Below are positions 38,520-50,927 of a DNA stretch of 64,000 bases, in pieces (position 1 is the first letter of the stretch; every line of letters starts with the position of its first letter). The stretch lies in the NCBI RefSeq assembly GCF_006345805.1, contig NC_042997.1, positions 132,618,001 to 132,682,000 on the forward strand, given 5' to 3'. This DNA is from Octopus sinensis (lineage: Eukaryota). The notes beneath the pieces were generated by a model that did no database searches, was not told the origin of the DNA, and saw only the letters and a list, made by a program, of their open reading frames with translations. The position numbers and the translations under genes were made by a program.

Positions 38520-38937
38520 ACCTTACGTTCAAAGGATTTTGCCCAGACAGCATGAATTTTAGCAGGAAGCCAGTCATGGCTGTCAGACAATTTCTGTAGC
38601 CACATCACCCTTAACATCTGGCTACTTAACTCCCCTTGATTATTATGTGTGAGGTGCAGTTGAGCGAGAGACCAACAAAACTGCTTGTAACACCAAAGAT
38701 GAACCGAAGGCAAAGATTATGGCAGCATTCATCAACTTAAACAAGGAGACAGTCCAGAAAGCTGCAGGAGATTCCGAGGCCGTGGTTGAAGCCAGTGGCA
38801 ATTTTATTGAATAAATCTTTAGTATTTCAAGATATTTTAATGTAATTTTGGTAAATATATCTGTTAAAATGAGGTGTCACTGTAATTTTCACTTCTGTTT
38901 AATTTAGATAACAGTTTATTCATCGCACCCTGCATAT
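38520..38937 (+). mobile_element. Tc1/mariner-superfamily (maT/DD37D-like) transposase 3' fragment with TIR-like end
   Basis: SWLSDNFCSHITLNIW..LDYYV*GAVERETNK..NTKDE..KETVQKA..AVVEASGNFIE*; end ttattcatcgcaccctgcata. Confidence 0.75.
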
Positions 38938-39249
38938 CTATCAATCTGTCTATTTATCCATCTATCTATCGATCTATATATCTATGTATATGCGTATATA
39001 TATACATACACACTATCTTTCACACACACATATATTATTTATTTATTTAATTGAACGCGACGCATCAATTCCCACGTAAGTTTATCTTCACCCATTTTTT
39101 GTGCGACTCTCTTCACTGTTCTGTTTTCTTCCTCTCGTCTTTGCTTCCTTCTTCCTCCATCCTTCTCTAATTCCCTTTCTCTCCCTCCCTCTTTCACCGT
39201 TTTATATCTCCCTCTTCCTCTTCCCTATTTCCATTTCTCTCTCTCTCTC

Positions 39250-39745
39250 TCTCTCTCTCGTTGCTCATACGTGACCATTGTCCATCCTTCTTTTCTTCAT
39301 GTGTCCATCCTTCTTTTCCTACTCGGAAGTCTAAAAGACTGGACAAATTTTCTCTCGAGTTTCTATCTTTTCTCTTTAAAAAATATGTCTTTCCGAGCGT
39401 TTACTATCCCCCTTTCATTACGGTCTAACAACCCTCCATATCTGTTTTCATTCGGTTTTCTTGCATGTCTCCACTGTTATTTTTTCATCCCAACTTTGAC
39501 CTTCCATAAATCCTAAATTTAATTCACAATTTATGGGAGGTAATGTCTTTGAAGATTCATATTGTCGTTTGAGTGCTCGAAATGAGTATATAGATAGCTA
39601 AAAACTGATGAAGGGTCATTTTCCTGTGATAGCTTGTCCTATTTTCCATTTTTTCTCGTTGTGTACGTATTTCACTCGATTTTGTCCTGTAGTTACTGCC
39701 CACCTCTTGTATCTATCTCTCGTGTGTATGTTATTTACACCGTTG
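39250..39745 (+). repeat. Probable PLE pseudo-LTR remnant
   Basis: Pyrimidine-rich; ttccgagcgtttacta resembles reverse-complement ttcccgagcgtcaaacta at ~36830-36850; contains CTGATGA at 39605. Confidence 0.35.
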
Positions 39746-39874
39746 GCAACATATTTCTTGAGAGGATGTATACAAAATAGCCATAAGTTTAAGAAGTTAG
39801 ATCCTATATATAATGTAAATGTATGTAGGTAGTGAGTTATAGATATTAGTGAAGATGCCATATAGTAAATAAAG

Positions 39875-42800
39875 ATATTGACGACTCTTACCAACCAATC
39901 AACACCACAGTCCTAAATAGTGCCCTAATGTTTGCTAAAAATAATGCTGAATTATCTAGGAAAGAAATTCAAGTTATACTAACAGAGCGTAAATCAATAA
40001 TTAAGTTCAATAATAAACTATGGGCACGTAAGGATATACCCGACTGCTCTGATATAGCCATGGGATCATCTGACTCTGCTCAAGCTAAAGATTTAGTTGC
40101 TTTATATATTCTACATAAATACTGTAGAGAATTTCCTGAAATAGGTGGTGGTCTATATTAGAGAGGATGCATTGTTCATCATAAAAACCCCTTTAAATAA
40201 TAAGCTAGAATTATATAAGAAAAACATCCACCATTTCTTTAACCGCTTTGGATTTAATATTTCTATTGAAAGTTAGCATAACTCAGTTACATTTTTACAC
40301 ATGAACTTTAACCTTATTTAAAGCAAATATGCACCATAACATATGCCTAACTCCTAAATCACCTATATTAGTATAAAAAGTAGTCATCCTAAGGCAATTA
40401 CTAATTGTTTATTTAATAAACTTGAAAGAAGAAAAAATTACCTCTCAAACAGCGAAGATATCTTTAACGATAACAAGGAATTGTATAATATTGCACTAGA
40501 AAAAGCAGGATATAAACAGAAAAGTAAATATATTAAGCATGATTTAGATAGATTAATGATAAGCATAAACATGTCCATGAAAACAAACTTAATTTAAATA
40601 AGAATAAGCTACTACCCCAAGCTACGAATAATACTATAAATACTGATAACAGAGTTAGTAATATATATTGAACAAAAATAACCAAAATACAAATAGCGTA
40701 GTAGAAACGAAATTGATAGACCTGAAGACTAACGTTAATCCTGATATTGACAATAACAATATAAACACACATATGTTACACCTTAAGCATATTATACCTG
40801 AAGCAAGTTATGACGATAATCAGAAAAATATAAATGATATATCAGCCTCCGTCAATCCAGCAATTACAATAACAAATTTAGTACTATTTACAATATAAAA
40901 AGAAATAAAAATTATTTACCTTATATTAAGTACAATATAGCAAACTATCTTAATCCAGCCTCTCGTAATAATAAAATAAAGGAGAATATTATCTGGTTGA
41001 TATTGTCCTTCTCTAAGCAGGTAAAAACAAATCTGATTAGAGTTATACGTTCGTTAATGAATAAACGCTTCTATCCTAATAAAAACAAATATAGTGACTT
41101 ATTTCACAGCACGCTTTTTAAATATGGTCATTTCGTTTCTCTAAATGCGTTTAGATATATATTTTCTATAAATTCTGCTAAATTAGATAAATGTTAATGT
41201 AAGCCTATTCTTCCACATAGTAAAGAACAAAAAGTCCCGATATCCGAATAACAAACAACTAAGGGGGGATTATTGCCATAACATATCTGTAATTTCTAGT
41301 GGTAATCTGAGTAATTTCTGCGATTGTAGAGTTAAATAACAGTGTAAATTTAATAATCATTGCAAACGGAAGAATTTAGTATACCAAGCTATAGTTGAAA
41401 CTTAGGGTAAACACATTTTCTATATAAGCTCGACTAAATCTTATATTAAAGTCCGTCTGGCTAACCACGAATATTCTTTTAGAAACTCTGCTAAACGTTC
41501 TTTGACTAGGCTTCGCAAATTCATCTGGACATTAAAAGACAGTACAATGAGTTTTAAAATTAGATGGAGATTATATGTTCTACAAAACCTTACCACCCAC
41601 CAGATAAAAATTGTCAACTCTGCACATCGGAACGCTATAATAATCTTTTTTCTAGCAAAACTTTTATTAAATGATAGGGTTGAAATGTTCTCCACTTGCT
41701 TAACACTTCAAAATATCAATTTTATAACTATCATTAATCATTCTCCAATTATTAATATCACTTATTGTTAGGTCTAATATTAACCATTAATAATTTATTA
41801 AATTTGAAACTGAACCCTTATCAGAACTAGAATTTATATCTATAATTTATACATTATATAACTATATAATATCTTGCCTAAATATACTTATTCTTAACAT
41901 TTATTTCTAACATATGCATAATAACTTATATATATCGTTTTTTATTCCAATGAAACATTCAATCTTATTTCTTTCGTAATATATATACAAATAACATCCC
42001 CTTACCTATAAATTTATTGCATATCCGTTATTTCTTTTTCCAGACTAAAGTAAATTATAGTATAATTCATATACATTGGTTATCTTTAAATTTAAATATC
42101 ATACTCAGTGTACCTACTAAATATTTCCAATGTATGTTAGTAACGTATCGACCATAATACATAAACATATTCTGCTTTTTCTTCATATTACGTTACACGT
42201 TATTCCGTCTAACATTGGAATAATCTCCAATTTACATATTTATATAGCTACTAATTAATAATTACAAACATATTATACTACCTTATAACAGATACCCAAA
42301 TACATGCTCCCGTAAACACATTAATTTGAAAGGCCTACGAGATACATATCTTAAAGGTCAATTTTCAAGCTTTTATCTATGCTTGATTTGAAATATGACA
42401 TATACTGTGTAATCGCTGCTCATCTAAATTTTTCCTGAACTGTATCTATTACTAAACGAATAGAGATAATATATTTTGCATATATAACCGTTAACTATTA
42501 ATCTTTAAAATATAACTTATCCTTTATTAATTTTATTTTATAATTTTTTCCCTTACATATTTAAGTATTATTCTTTCCTTTTTATTTAAATTTTATACTA
42601 TATTTTAGATACAAATATATTTTTCTTTAATTTCTATTTATTATTGAATTTTTATTTTTAACCTTCTTATCTTTCTTTACTCTTATGGCTTTAAGGTTAT
42701 TTTTATTTAATGTTTGTTTATTTTTATTTACTTTATTTACTATATGGCATCTTCACTAATATCTATAGCTCATCACCTAGATACATTTACATTATATATA

Positions 42801-43100
42801 GGATCTAACTCTATTTTGTATGCATCCTTTCAAGAAATATGTTAACATTTGATCTATAAGCTCATAAAAAATCCCTGAAGAAGTTCTGACCCATATAATT
42901 TAAAATGATACCATTCTTAACATATAACCATATATTTAGAAATACATATCAGCTCGGGACTAGAACCGAAACATATATGTAAGTTTTTTCGCATCTCACA
43001 TTACTTTTTGAGCTTTACAACTTATGATTTACTTGTATTGCTATTTAAAAGAAAATTCAACATTTTTATATCATACAAATAAATTATTCACACATCCAAC
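39875..43100 (+). mobile_element. Degenerate Penelope-like element PLE-1 (RT, C-terminal GIY-YIG, pLTR)
   Basis: DIAMGSSDSAQAKDLVALYIL..GGLY-RED; NIIWLILSFSKQVKTNL; NLVYQAIV..FYISSTK..RLANHEYSF..FIWTLKD..LLNDRVEMFSTC; inverted copy of 42731-42843 at 39748-39874. Confidence 0.85.
42866..42990 (+). ncRNA. Hammerhead-like motif (type I) in PLE-1 pLTR, stem I degenerate
   Basis: CTGAAGA 42875-81; GTTCT/AGAAC stem II closing an ~75-nt loop; GAAAC 42968-72; palindrome ACATATATGT; GTA. Confidence 0.5.
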
Positions 43101-43252
43101 TTTCTCCATTTTCTTTCTTTCAATATTAATAATATGTATTACTACAATAATCCTTAACATATCGCAGAGACTTTCTCATTATATGATAGAGATTAACCAG
43201 TGGATTTTTAAAAATTATATAAACCCTAATGTGGATGTAGCATCCTCGAATT

Positions 43253-43288
<36 letters not shown>

Positions 43289-43289
43289 C

Positions 43290-44590
43290 GCATTTACTAA
43301 TTAAAAAAATTAACCTTAAAATAGAAACAGACATTTTTTACAAAGCCACAGACGCCAAACAATACCTTCTTTTTAATTCATGACACCCAAGACACACTAA
43401 AACAAACATCCCCTTCAACCTTGCATGAAGGATATGCACAATAGTGTCAGAACAAAATACCAGGAACTTTAGACTGCAAGAACTCAAAAACACCCTAATT
43501 GACAGACATTACCCAGCTCAACTCATAGAGGATGGGATCAGACGTGCAACAGAAATCAACATAGAAACTTTAAGAAAAGTTCAACACAACAACACACCTT
43601 CCCCGAAAATACTACCTTACATATCTACATACAACCCCAGAAACAAAGAAGCCTTCACCATCATCACCCAGAATTTACCAATACTTCATAATGACCCCAA
43701 ATTAAAGGAAATCCTAAACATACACCAAATCATTAAAAGCTACAAACAACCTAAATCACTTAAAAAGATTCTCACAAAGGCAAAATTGTCTTCTGATATT
43801 ACGGATGCAAAAGTAAAAAAATGTGGTAGATCGAACTGTGCAACATGTCCAAACCTGCTAGAAGGATCAGAATTCCTCTTTAAAGAGGGACAGAAATTCA
43901 AGATCAAATCTAACTTTACTTGTGCCTCTGAAAACATAATTTATGTCATAAAATGCATGGGCTGCCACCAAGACTACGTGGGATCCACGGGACTATCACT
44001 CAGACGTAGATGCACACTGCATCGACAACAGATTGCATTCCCAGAATACAGAATGATACCTTTTAGTGAGCACATGAGAAATGCGCAAAGCAACTACTAC
44101 CACAATTTTTAATCTTTCCATTTTACCAATGTGCTATCGGATCATCAACACAAATTAGACTAAACAAGGAAACATTCTTCATTGAAAAGTACAAGCCCAG
44201 ACTTAACCATCCCAACATACTGATACAGAGAAATTCACACCAAGGGAAAGGAAAACATTTTAAAGCGATTATCTCCCTTACACCGGAAGAAATCAATCAT
44301 TACCTCCCCTTATTTAGAACTCTTTTGAACATAAACATAACGATAACCCTATTAAACATAAACATAACGTCGCAAGAAATTTGAAAACTAAACGCGAAAC
44401 CGGTCTTTCTTCTAAATTATGTCATTATAAGAGGAAAAAAAAATTTTTTTAATATTCTTCAAAAAAATTTTTTTAATATTCTTCAGAAATATTGACGCAA
44501 ATATATATTTTTTAACATTTAAGCCATCTGTAGTTTTTTCACATTTTACTATTTTCTATATATTCAACCACGTGCTTTCACAACCAACTT
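43290..44590 (+). mobile_element. 5'-truncated Penelope-like element PLE-2 (Neptune-like)
   Basis: TDIFYKATDAKQYL..HPRHTK.NIPFNLA; CGRSNCATC; IIYVIKCMGCHQDYVGST..R..LHRQQI (GIY-YIG); (TA)n on both flanks. Confidence 0.92.
44374..44411 (+). ncRNA. Hammerhead relic in PLE-2 pLTR (UUGAAAA core)
   Basis: AAGAAA/TTTCTT stem I, TTGAAAA, GAAAC-CG-GTC; stem II essentially absent. Confidence 0.35.
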
Positions 44591-44611
44591 TCTTATCTAT
44601 CTATCTATCTA

Positions 44612-44679
<68 letters not shown>

Positions 44680-44758
44680 CATATATACACATATATATAC
44701 ATATATTTATATACATATATATACATATATACATATATATAAATATACATATATATAA

Positions 44759-44804
<46 letters not shown>

Positions 44805-45139
44805 ACTAGAAAATGACTAACATACATATGTACTCTATTTTTAAAAGGATGTATTTATTAATTTTTAACTGGAGAAATCTGACAGAGGTTTTGAATAGTC
44901 AGCTACCAGCCATCATCATCTTTGCATCGAGTGACTGATAGGACCAAACTGCGAAGCCACAGATCATTTTCTCCTTGCAAATATCTATAATTATATATTA
45001 TACTAAAAATATTGCATAATTGTTCGGTTTAATACCAAGGTGCTTCTATATAAGACCTCATAAAACAAGCATATATAAATACGTACATGCATTCACACAT
45101 ACATTCACATAAATATACATACGTATAAACCACTCATAA

Positions 45140-45514
45140 TAAGGAGTACTGGTGGAATGTCCCAGTGAAAACCTGAACATTTTCTAAATATAATAGACAC
45201 TAAGATTTGGGCTAGACGAAAAGCAACTGTGATTAGTAAGGGAATTAACTGCACAGCAGGTGTTATGAATTTTATCATTTAAGCATATATGAACATGCAA
45301 CTATATGCATGAGAAGGCATACACGAAACAGAATATAAAAATCTGTACATACACTGACACCAAATACAGCAATATACATACATAAATGCAAAAATATTCT
45401 GTTGATGTTGAAATTCCAGTGAAGGAGCCTTGGTTCGAGGTTAGCAACCGGTTCTTTCTCTATTGGTAAGAAATTTTGAAATGGAACTGAATAATGACAT
45501 ACATATATGTGCAC

Positions 45515-45520
<6 letters not shown>
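45140..45520 (+). mobile_element. R4-like lineage 2: RLE fragment plus 3'UTR ending in (AAT)n
   Basis: KEYWWNVPVKT; UTR homologous to 32470-32800; followed by (AAT)n at 45520-45760. Confidence 0.75.
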
Positions 45521-45595
<75 letters not shown>

Positions 45596-45662
45596 TAATA
45601 ATAATAATAATAATAACAATAATAATAATAATAATATAATAATAATAATAATAATAACAATA

Positions 45663-45731
<69 letters not shown>

Positions 45732-46180
45732 TAATAATAATAATAATAATAATAATAATGGGATAATTGCTATGAAGCATTGTATAGATTATTTTGGATA
45801 AAGGATCGTGGGTAAGGCCAGGAAAAAGCATAGTAAATGCAAGGCAAATTCACAAGAAAATTATTAATTCATATATTTGCTTTCTTGTGATTTGCCTTGC
45901 ATTTACTTCGCATTGTTCTTGCCTTACCCACAATCCTTTATACAATATATATGTATATATATATATATATTATATATATATATACGTAAACATAGTCAAA
46001 ATGCGATAAAATAATTATTATCGCCGGTGATCTAGCACAAAAGACATTTTAGCCATAGGCCATATGTTATTCATATATAAGTACATTAAAAGGCTTCTAG
46101 AAGAAGAAGTGAGTACTAGATACACAAAAGTTGGATAAATTTAGTGAAATGAAAATTAAAAACCTTTACAAACTCGGTTC

Positions 46181-46252
46181 ATCTTATACTGCAGTTTCGT
46201 CTTTTTCAGCATTAAATATAATTTATTGCTCAGGCAGATTCATCAGTAAGAC
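46181..46252 (-). ncRNA. Type I hammerhead ribozyme (minus-strand copy)
   Basis: Exact reverse complement of 46449-46520. Confidence 0.75.
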
Positions 46253-46448
46253 ACCTGTTATTTAAGAGTCGCATATCAATAGAAGCATGTGCGTCTCTAC
46301 TAATTTGCTATCTCTAATTTTTCAGATCATTGCGCAGACGCAGAATGTACCCGACAAACAAAGGGTGTTCTGGTATATTGTCTGACGAGATAGCAAATTA
46401 GTAGAGACGCACATGCTTCTATTGATATGCGACTCTTAAATAACAGGT

Positions 46449-46520
46449 GTCTTACTGATGAATCTGCCTGAGCAATAAATTATATTTAATGCTGAAAAAG
46501 ACGAAACTGCAGTATAAGAT
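46449..46520 (+). ncRNA. Type I hammerhead ribozyme
   Basis: Stem I GTCTTA/TAAGAT; CTGATGA 46455-61; extended stem II (TCT/AGA, AGCA/TGCT); GAAAC 46503-07; palindromic TGCA loop; GTA, predicted cut after 46514. Confidence 0.75.
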
Positions 46521-46664
46521 GAACCGAGTTTGTAAAGGTTTTTAATTTTCATTTCACTAAATTTATCCACTTTTGTGTATCTAGTACTCACTTCTTCTTC
46601 TGGAAGCCTTTTAATGTACTTATATTATATATATATATATATTATATATATATATATATATCTT

Positions 46665-46800
46665 TTTCGTTTTCTTTTATTTGTTTCAGTCATTTGACTG
46701 CGGTCATGCTGGAGCACCGCCTTTAGTCGAACAAATCGCCCCTAGGACTTATTCTTTGTAAGATTAGTACTTATTCTATCGCCACTTTTGCCGAATCGCC
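46665..46800 (-). mobile_element. SINE C 3' tail
   Basis: tttcagtcatttgactgcggtcatgctggagcaccgcc. Confidence 0.85.
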
Positions 46801-46965
46801 ATATATATATATATATATATATATAGATCAATAAATGGTGGGGTTGTGTTGACCGCACGTGGAGAAATGATAAGTAAGGAAAAATTTTTTTAAAAAATGC
46901 AGAATGCTCAAATGAAAGAAAATTTTAATAAAATGAGAAAATGATAAAATATATAAATATATATT

Positions 46966-47006
46966 TATTCAACCGGTTTTCGTCATTGTATGACTTGTCA
47001 AGAATA
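46966..47006 (-). ncRNA. Variant hammerhead (U3-A8 core), inverted copy
   Basis: Reverse complement of 50799-50839. Confidence 0.55.
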
Positions 47007-48099
47007 TTTATGTTTTAAGAAGTTATTTTAAAAATTAGAAAGGGGAAAAAAAGAAAATGGCATTGTTTTTTGTAAAAGAATAATGATAAAAATGTACAAA
47101 AATTAAAAAATAAATTCTCCGATACATTGTGAGTTCGTTGTGTATCTTGAGTTTTATGGTTGTTTACCAAAAAATTACCTTGAGGTGTTAAGATCCAAAG
47201 GGATTAAGAGCATGTGATGTGTTGTGTTGTTAAATTCAGCATGTTGCAGGACAGGAAGTAGTAGTAATTGTGGTCCTGGTTCTTCAGTTCCTGTGTTGTG
47301 GGTAAGGGGAGACAACTCTTTTGAGTTCTTCAATAAAACCCAAATTATAAAACTATCATTTTAGCTTCATTTGCATTATCTTTTTTATATAATTGCTTGT
47401 TAACTTAACTTTCAGATTTTAACACTTTATTATATTATTTTCTAATAATATAAATCTGCATAGACAATTGCATTTCAAATTGTCATATCATTTATAATAA
47501 AAATGATAGTAATAACAACAATAGTAAAAATGATATTTAAAGAATATAAGTTTTAGCTTGAAGTGATGAATGCATGGTATCTTTATATATTGTGTTAGTC
47601 CATCCATGAAGAGTGAGGTAGAGAAAGGAAGTTTGATCAACGAGGAGTTTGCATATTAAGTTGTGTTTGGAATTTTCAATAAAGAGATTCTCCTTGTTTT
47701 AATTCTCTCCTGTGTGGTGATCCCGTCTTTACTTTGGTAGAAGGGGAATATATAGAATTTGGGGTTTAAGTCTTTAGCACATGAGTCTAAGTGGTCACTC
47801 AGTGGAATTTGTCGGTATTCCGGGAGTTATTTGTTCTTTATGCACCGTTACTCGTTTACGTAACGGGAGACTCGTTTGTCCAACCTAATTATGTTGGCAA
47901 CCAGCGCATGTGAGAACGTAGATAAGGTTCTCGGAGGAACAGGAGAAGTTAGTCTTGATTTTAAACTTCGTACCTTGGTTGAAGGTAAATTCAGAGCCTT
48001 CAAGTAGAAAGGGGCAGGTACCACAGTTTGAGCGTGCACATTTTTTTACTGTGGGGGTGGATGTGGTGTGTGAAGTTTGGCATTTGTCAAGAGTTTTTT

Positions 48100-50170
48100 T
48101 AAAGATTCATTGATCAGAAATAAAAGCAACTTCCTACCACCAAAAGGGAGAAATAACACACTGGACGTTTTCTGTAAACACATCCAGAGTCTCCCCTTTA
48201 CCCCAAGCAAAACCAAGGTAAAATCCAATTTCAGTAAGGAAGAATGGGAAAACCTACGTGACATACAACTGGATAAAAACCTCACCATCAAAGAAGCGGA
48301 CAAAGGGAGTGCTGTGGTCCTTATGGACACGGAATTTTATAAAACCTAGTGTTCTCCATGCTTAACAATAACATTTTCTATGAGGTTATTAACAACTACA
48401 ACAGCAAAAAACAATCAGAAACCTCACCACACTCATACGCCAACACGGTCAGGGACTCACAGAAAAAGAAAGGATTATATCACCATTTTCAAATGCAAGC
48501 CCAGCCTTTTTTATGGCCTTCCTAAAATCCATAAAAACAAATACATCACCGAAGCCTGCAAACTCTCCACTGACATCCACATCAACATCAAAGCACCGGA
48601 GGACCTAAAACTAAGGCCCATCGTGGCTGGTACCTTCTGTGAACACACCCGCCTGAGTAACTTCCTAGACATCCTTTTGAAACCTTTCCTTACCCACATC
48701 AAAAGTTTCATTAGGGATGATCTGGACATGCTCAAACACCTCCCGAAAACAGTTAACGAGGAGGCACTCCTGGTATCCTTTGATGTCATCAACCTCTACA
48801 CCAACATTCCACACGAGTATGGTATAGAGGCAATTGACTTCTGGCTAGAAAAACACCCAGAGACATTCCCTGACCGCATTAACAAGTCTTTTATTACAGA
48901 ATCTCTTAAGTTCATTCTGACAAACAATTTTTTCTCTTCGACGACACACACTACCGTCAAAAATGTGGCATTGCGATGGGTACCAAGGCTGCACCAGTCC
49001 TTGCGAACCTCATAATGGGTTACTTCGAACTGTCACTCTATGAAATATCAAGCCAGAAATTTGGACATGTTTTCCACACCTACCTAATGGAAAACTGGAA
49101 AGGTATTTAGATGATTGTTTCATCATATGGAAAGAACCTTATGAAAAACTCCTGGAATTCAAAACCATACTAAACAACATACATCCCAACATCCAATTCA
49201 CTATGGAATTAAGCAAACATCATCTCCCATTCCTTGATCTCCTAATTATAAAAACACCTAAGAACCAAATCATAACAGACATCTACCACAAACCTACAGA
49301 CTCACAACAATACCTCCTCTTTAGTTCATGCCACCCAAAACACACCAAGACAAATATCCCTTTCAATTTAGCTAAAAGGGTATGCACCATTGCCTCGGAT
49401 CCAAAAACACGAGAAATACGCCTTCAAGACCTCAAAAAAAAACACTATTACAACGTCAATATCCCTCCACCCTTATAGAGTATGGAATAAAACGCGCCAA
49501 AGAACTAGACAACACTACACTGAAAACCACCCAACCTAACACCCACACAACCTCAAAATACTTCCATACATTTCCACCCACAACCCCAAAAATATCGAAG
49601 CATACACCACAATCATACAAAACCTCAGTCTACTGTCAACAGACCCAAAAATGAAAAACATTATAAATACACACAAAATCCTCAAATGCAAAAGGCAACA
49701 CAAATCTTTAAAAAAACTCTTGACAAATGCCAAACTTCACACCCCACATCCCCCCAACAGTAAAAAAATGTGCACGCTCAAACTGTGGTACCTGCCCCTT
49801 TCTACTTGAAGGCTCTGAATTTACCTTCAACCAAGGTACGAAGTTTAAAATCAAGACTAACTTCTCCTGTTCCTCCGAGAACCTTATCTACGTTCTCACA
49901 TGCGCTGGTTGCCAACATAATTATGTTGGACAAACGAGTCTCCCGTTACGTAAACGAGTAACGGTGCATAAAGAACAAATAAATCCCGGAATACCGACAA
50001 ATTCCACTGAGTGACCACTTAGACTCATGTGCTAAAGACTTAAACCCCAAATTCTATATATTCCCCTTCTACCAAGTAAAGACGGGATCACCACACAGGA
50101 GAGAATTAACAAGGAGAATCTCTTTATTGAAAAATTCCAAACACAACTTAATATGCAAACTCCTCGTTGA
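48100..50170 (+). pseudogene. PLE-3 RT-GIY-YIG ORF broken mostly by 1-nt indels in homopolymers
   Basis: ORF-track segments 48077-48349, 48380-49015, 49203-49478 and 49727-50014 are collinear. Confidence 0.9.
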
Positions 50171-50798
50171 TCAAACTTCCTTTCTCTACCTCACTCTTCA
50201 TGGATGGACTAACACAAATATATAAAGATACCATGCATTCATCACTTCAAGCTAAAACTTATATTCTTTAAATATCATTTTTACTATTGTTGTTATTACT
50301 ATCATTTTTATTATAAATGATATGACAATTTGAAATGCAATTGTCTATGCAGATTTATATTATTAGAAAATATATAAATAAAGTGTTAAAATCTGAAAGT
50401 TAAGTTAACAAGCAATTATATAAAAAGATAATGCAAATGAAGCTAAAATGATAGTTTTATAATTTGGGTTTTATTGAAGAACTCAAAAGAGTTGTCTCCC
50501 TTACCCACAACACAGGAACTGAAGAACCAGGACCACAATTACTACTACTTCCTGTCCTGCAACATGCTGAATTTAACAACACAACACATCACATGCTCTT
50601 AATCCCTTTGGATCTTAACACCTCAAGGTAATTTTTTGGTAAACAACCATAAAACTCAAGATACACAACGAACTCACAATGTATCGGAGAATTTATTTTT
50701 TAATTTTTGTACATTTTTATCATTATTCTTTTACAAAAAACAATGCCATTTTCTTTTTTCCCCTTTCTAATTTTTAAAATAACTTCTTAAAACATAAA

Positions 50799-50839
50799 TA
50801 TTCTTGACAAGTCATACAATGACGAAAACCGGTTGAATA
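50799..50839 (+). ncRNA. Variant minimal type I hammerhead (UUGACAA core) in PLE-3 pLTR
   Basis: TATTC/GAATA stem I; TTGACAA; GTCAT-aca-ATGAC stem II; GAAAA; palindrome ACCGGT; GTT cleavage triplet. Confidence 0.6.
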
Positions 50840-50927
50840 AATATATATTTATATATTTTATCATTTTCTCATTTTATTAAAATTTTCTTTCATTTGAGCA
50901 TTCTGCATTTTTAAAAAAATTTTTCCT

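Larger units (their letters stand above)
46075..46625. repeat. ORF-less foldback of a PLE-type pLTR: arms 46075-46314 and 46387-46625, 72-nt spacer
   Basis: Arms are reverse complements with one substitution and one indel seen; (TA)n nearby on both sides. Confidence 0.96.

Noticed and set aside
39575-39625. GAAAT-gagt-ATA...CTGATGA as a type II hammerhead
   Set aside because: Stems I and II pair poorly; kept only as a possible pLTR remnant
44437-44484. 24-bp tandem duplication; also ~22-bp triplication at 5475-5530
   Set aside because: Ordinary slippage products
47848-48039. Identical ORFs on opposite strands (47848-48039 - and 49770-49961 +) as a duplicated gene
   Set aside because: Alternative frame of the PLE-3 GIY-YIG region copied by the inversion
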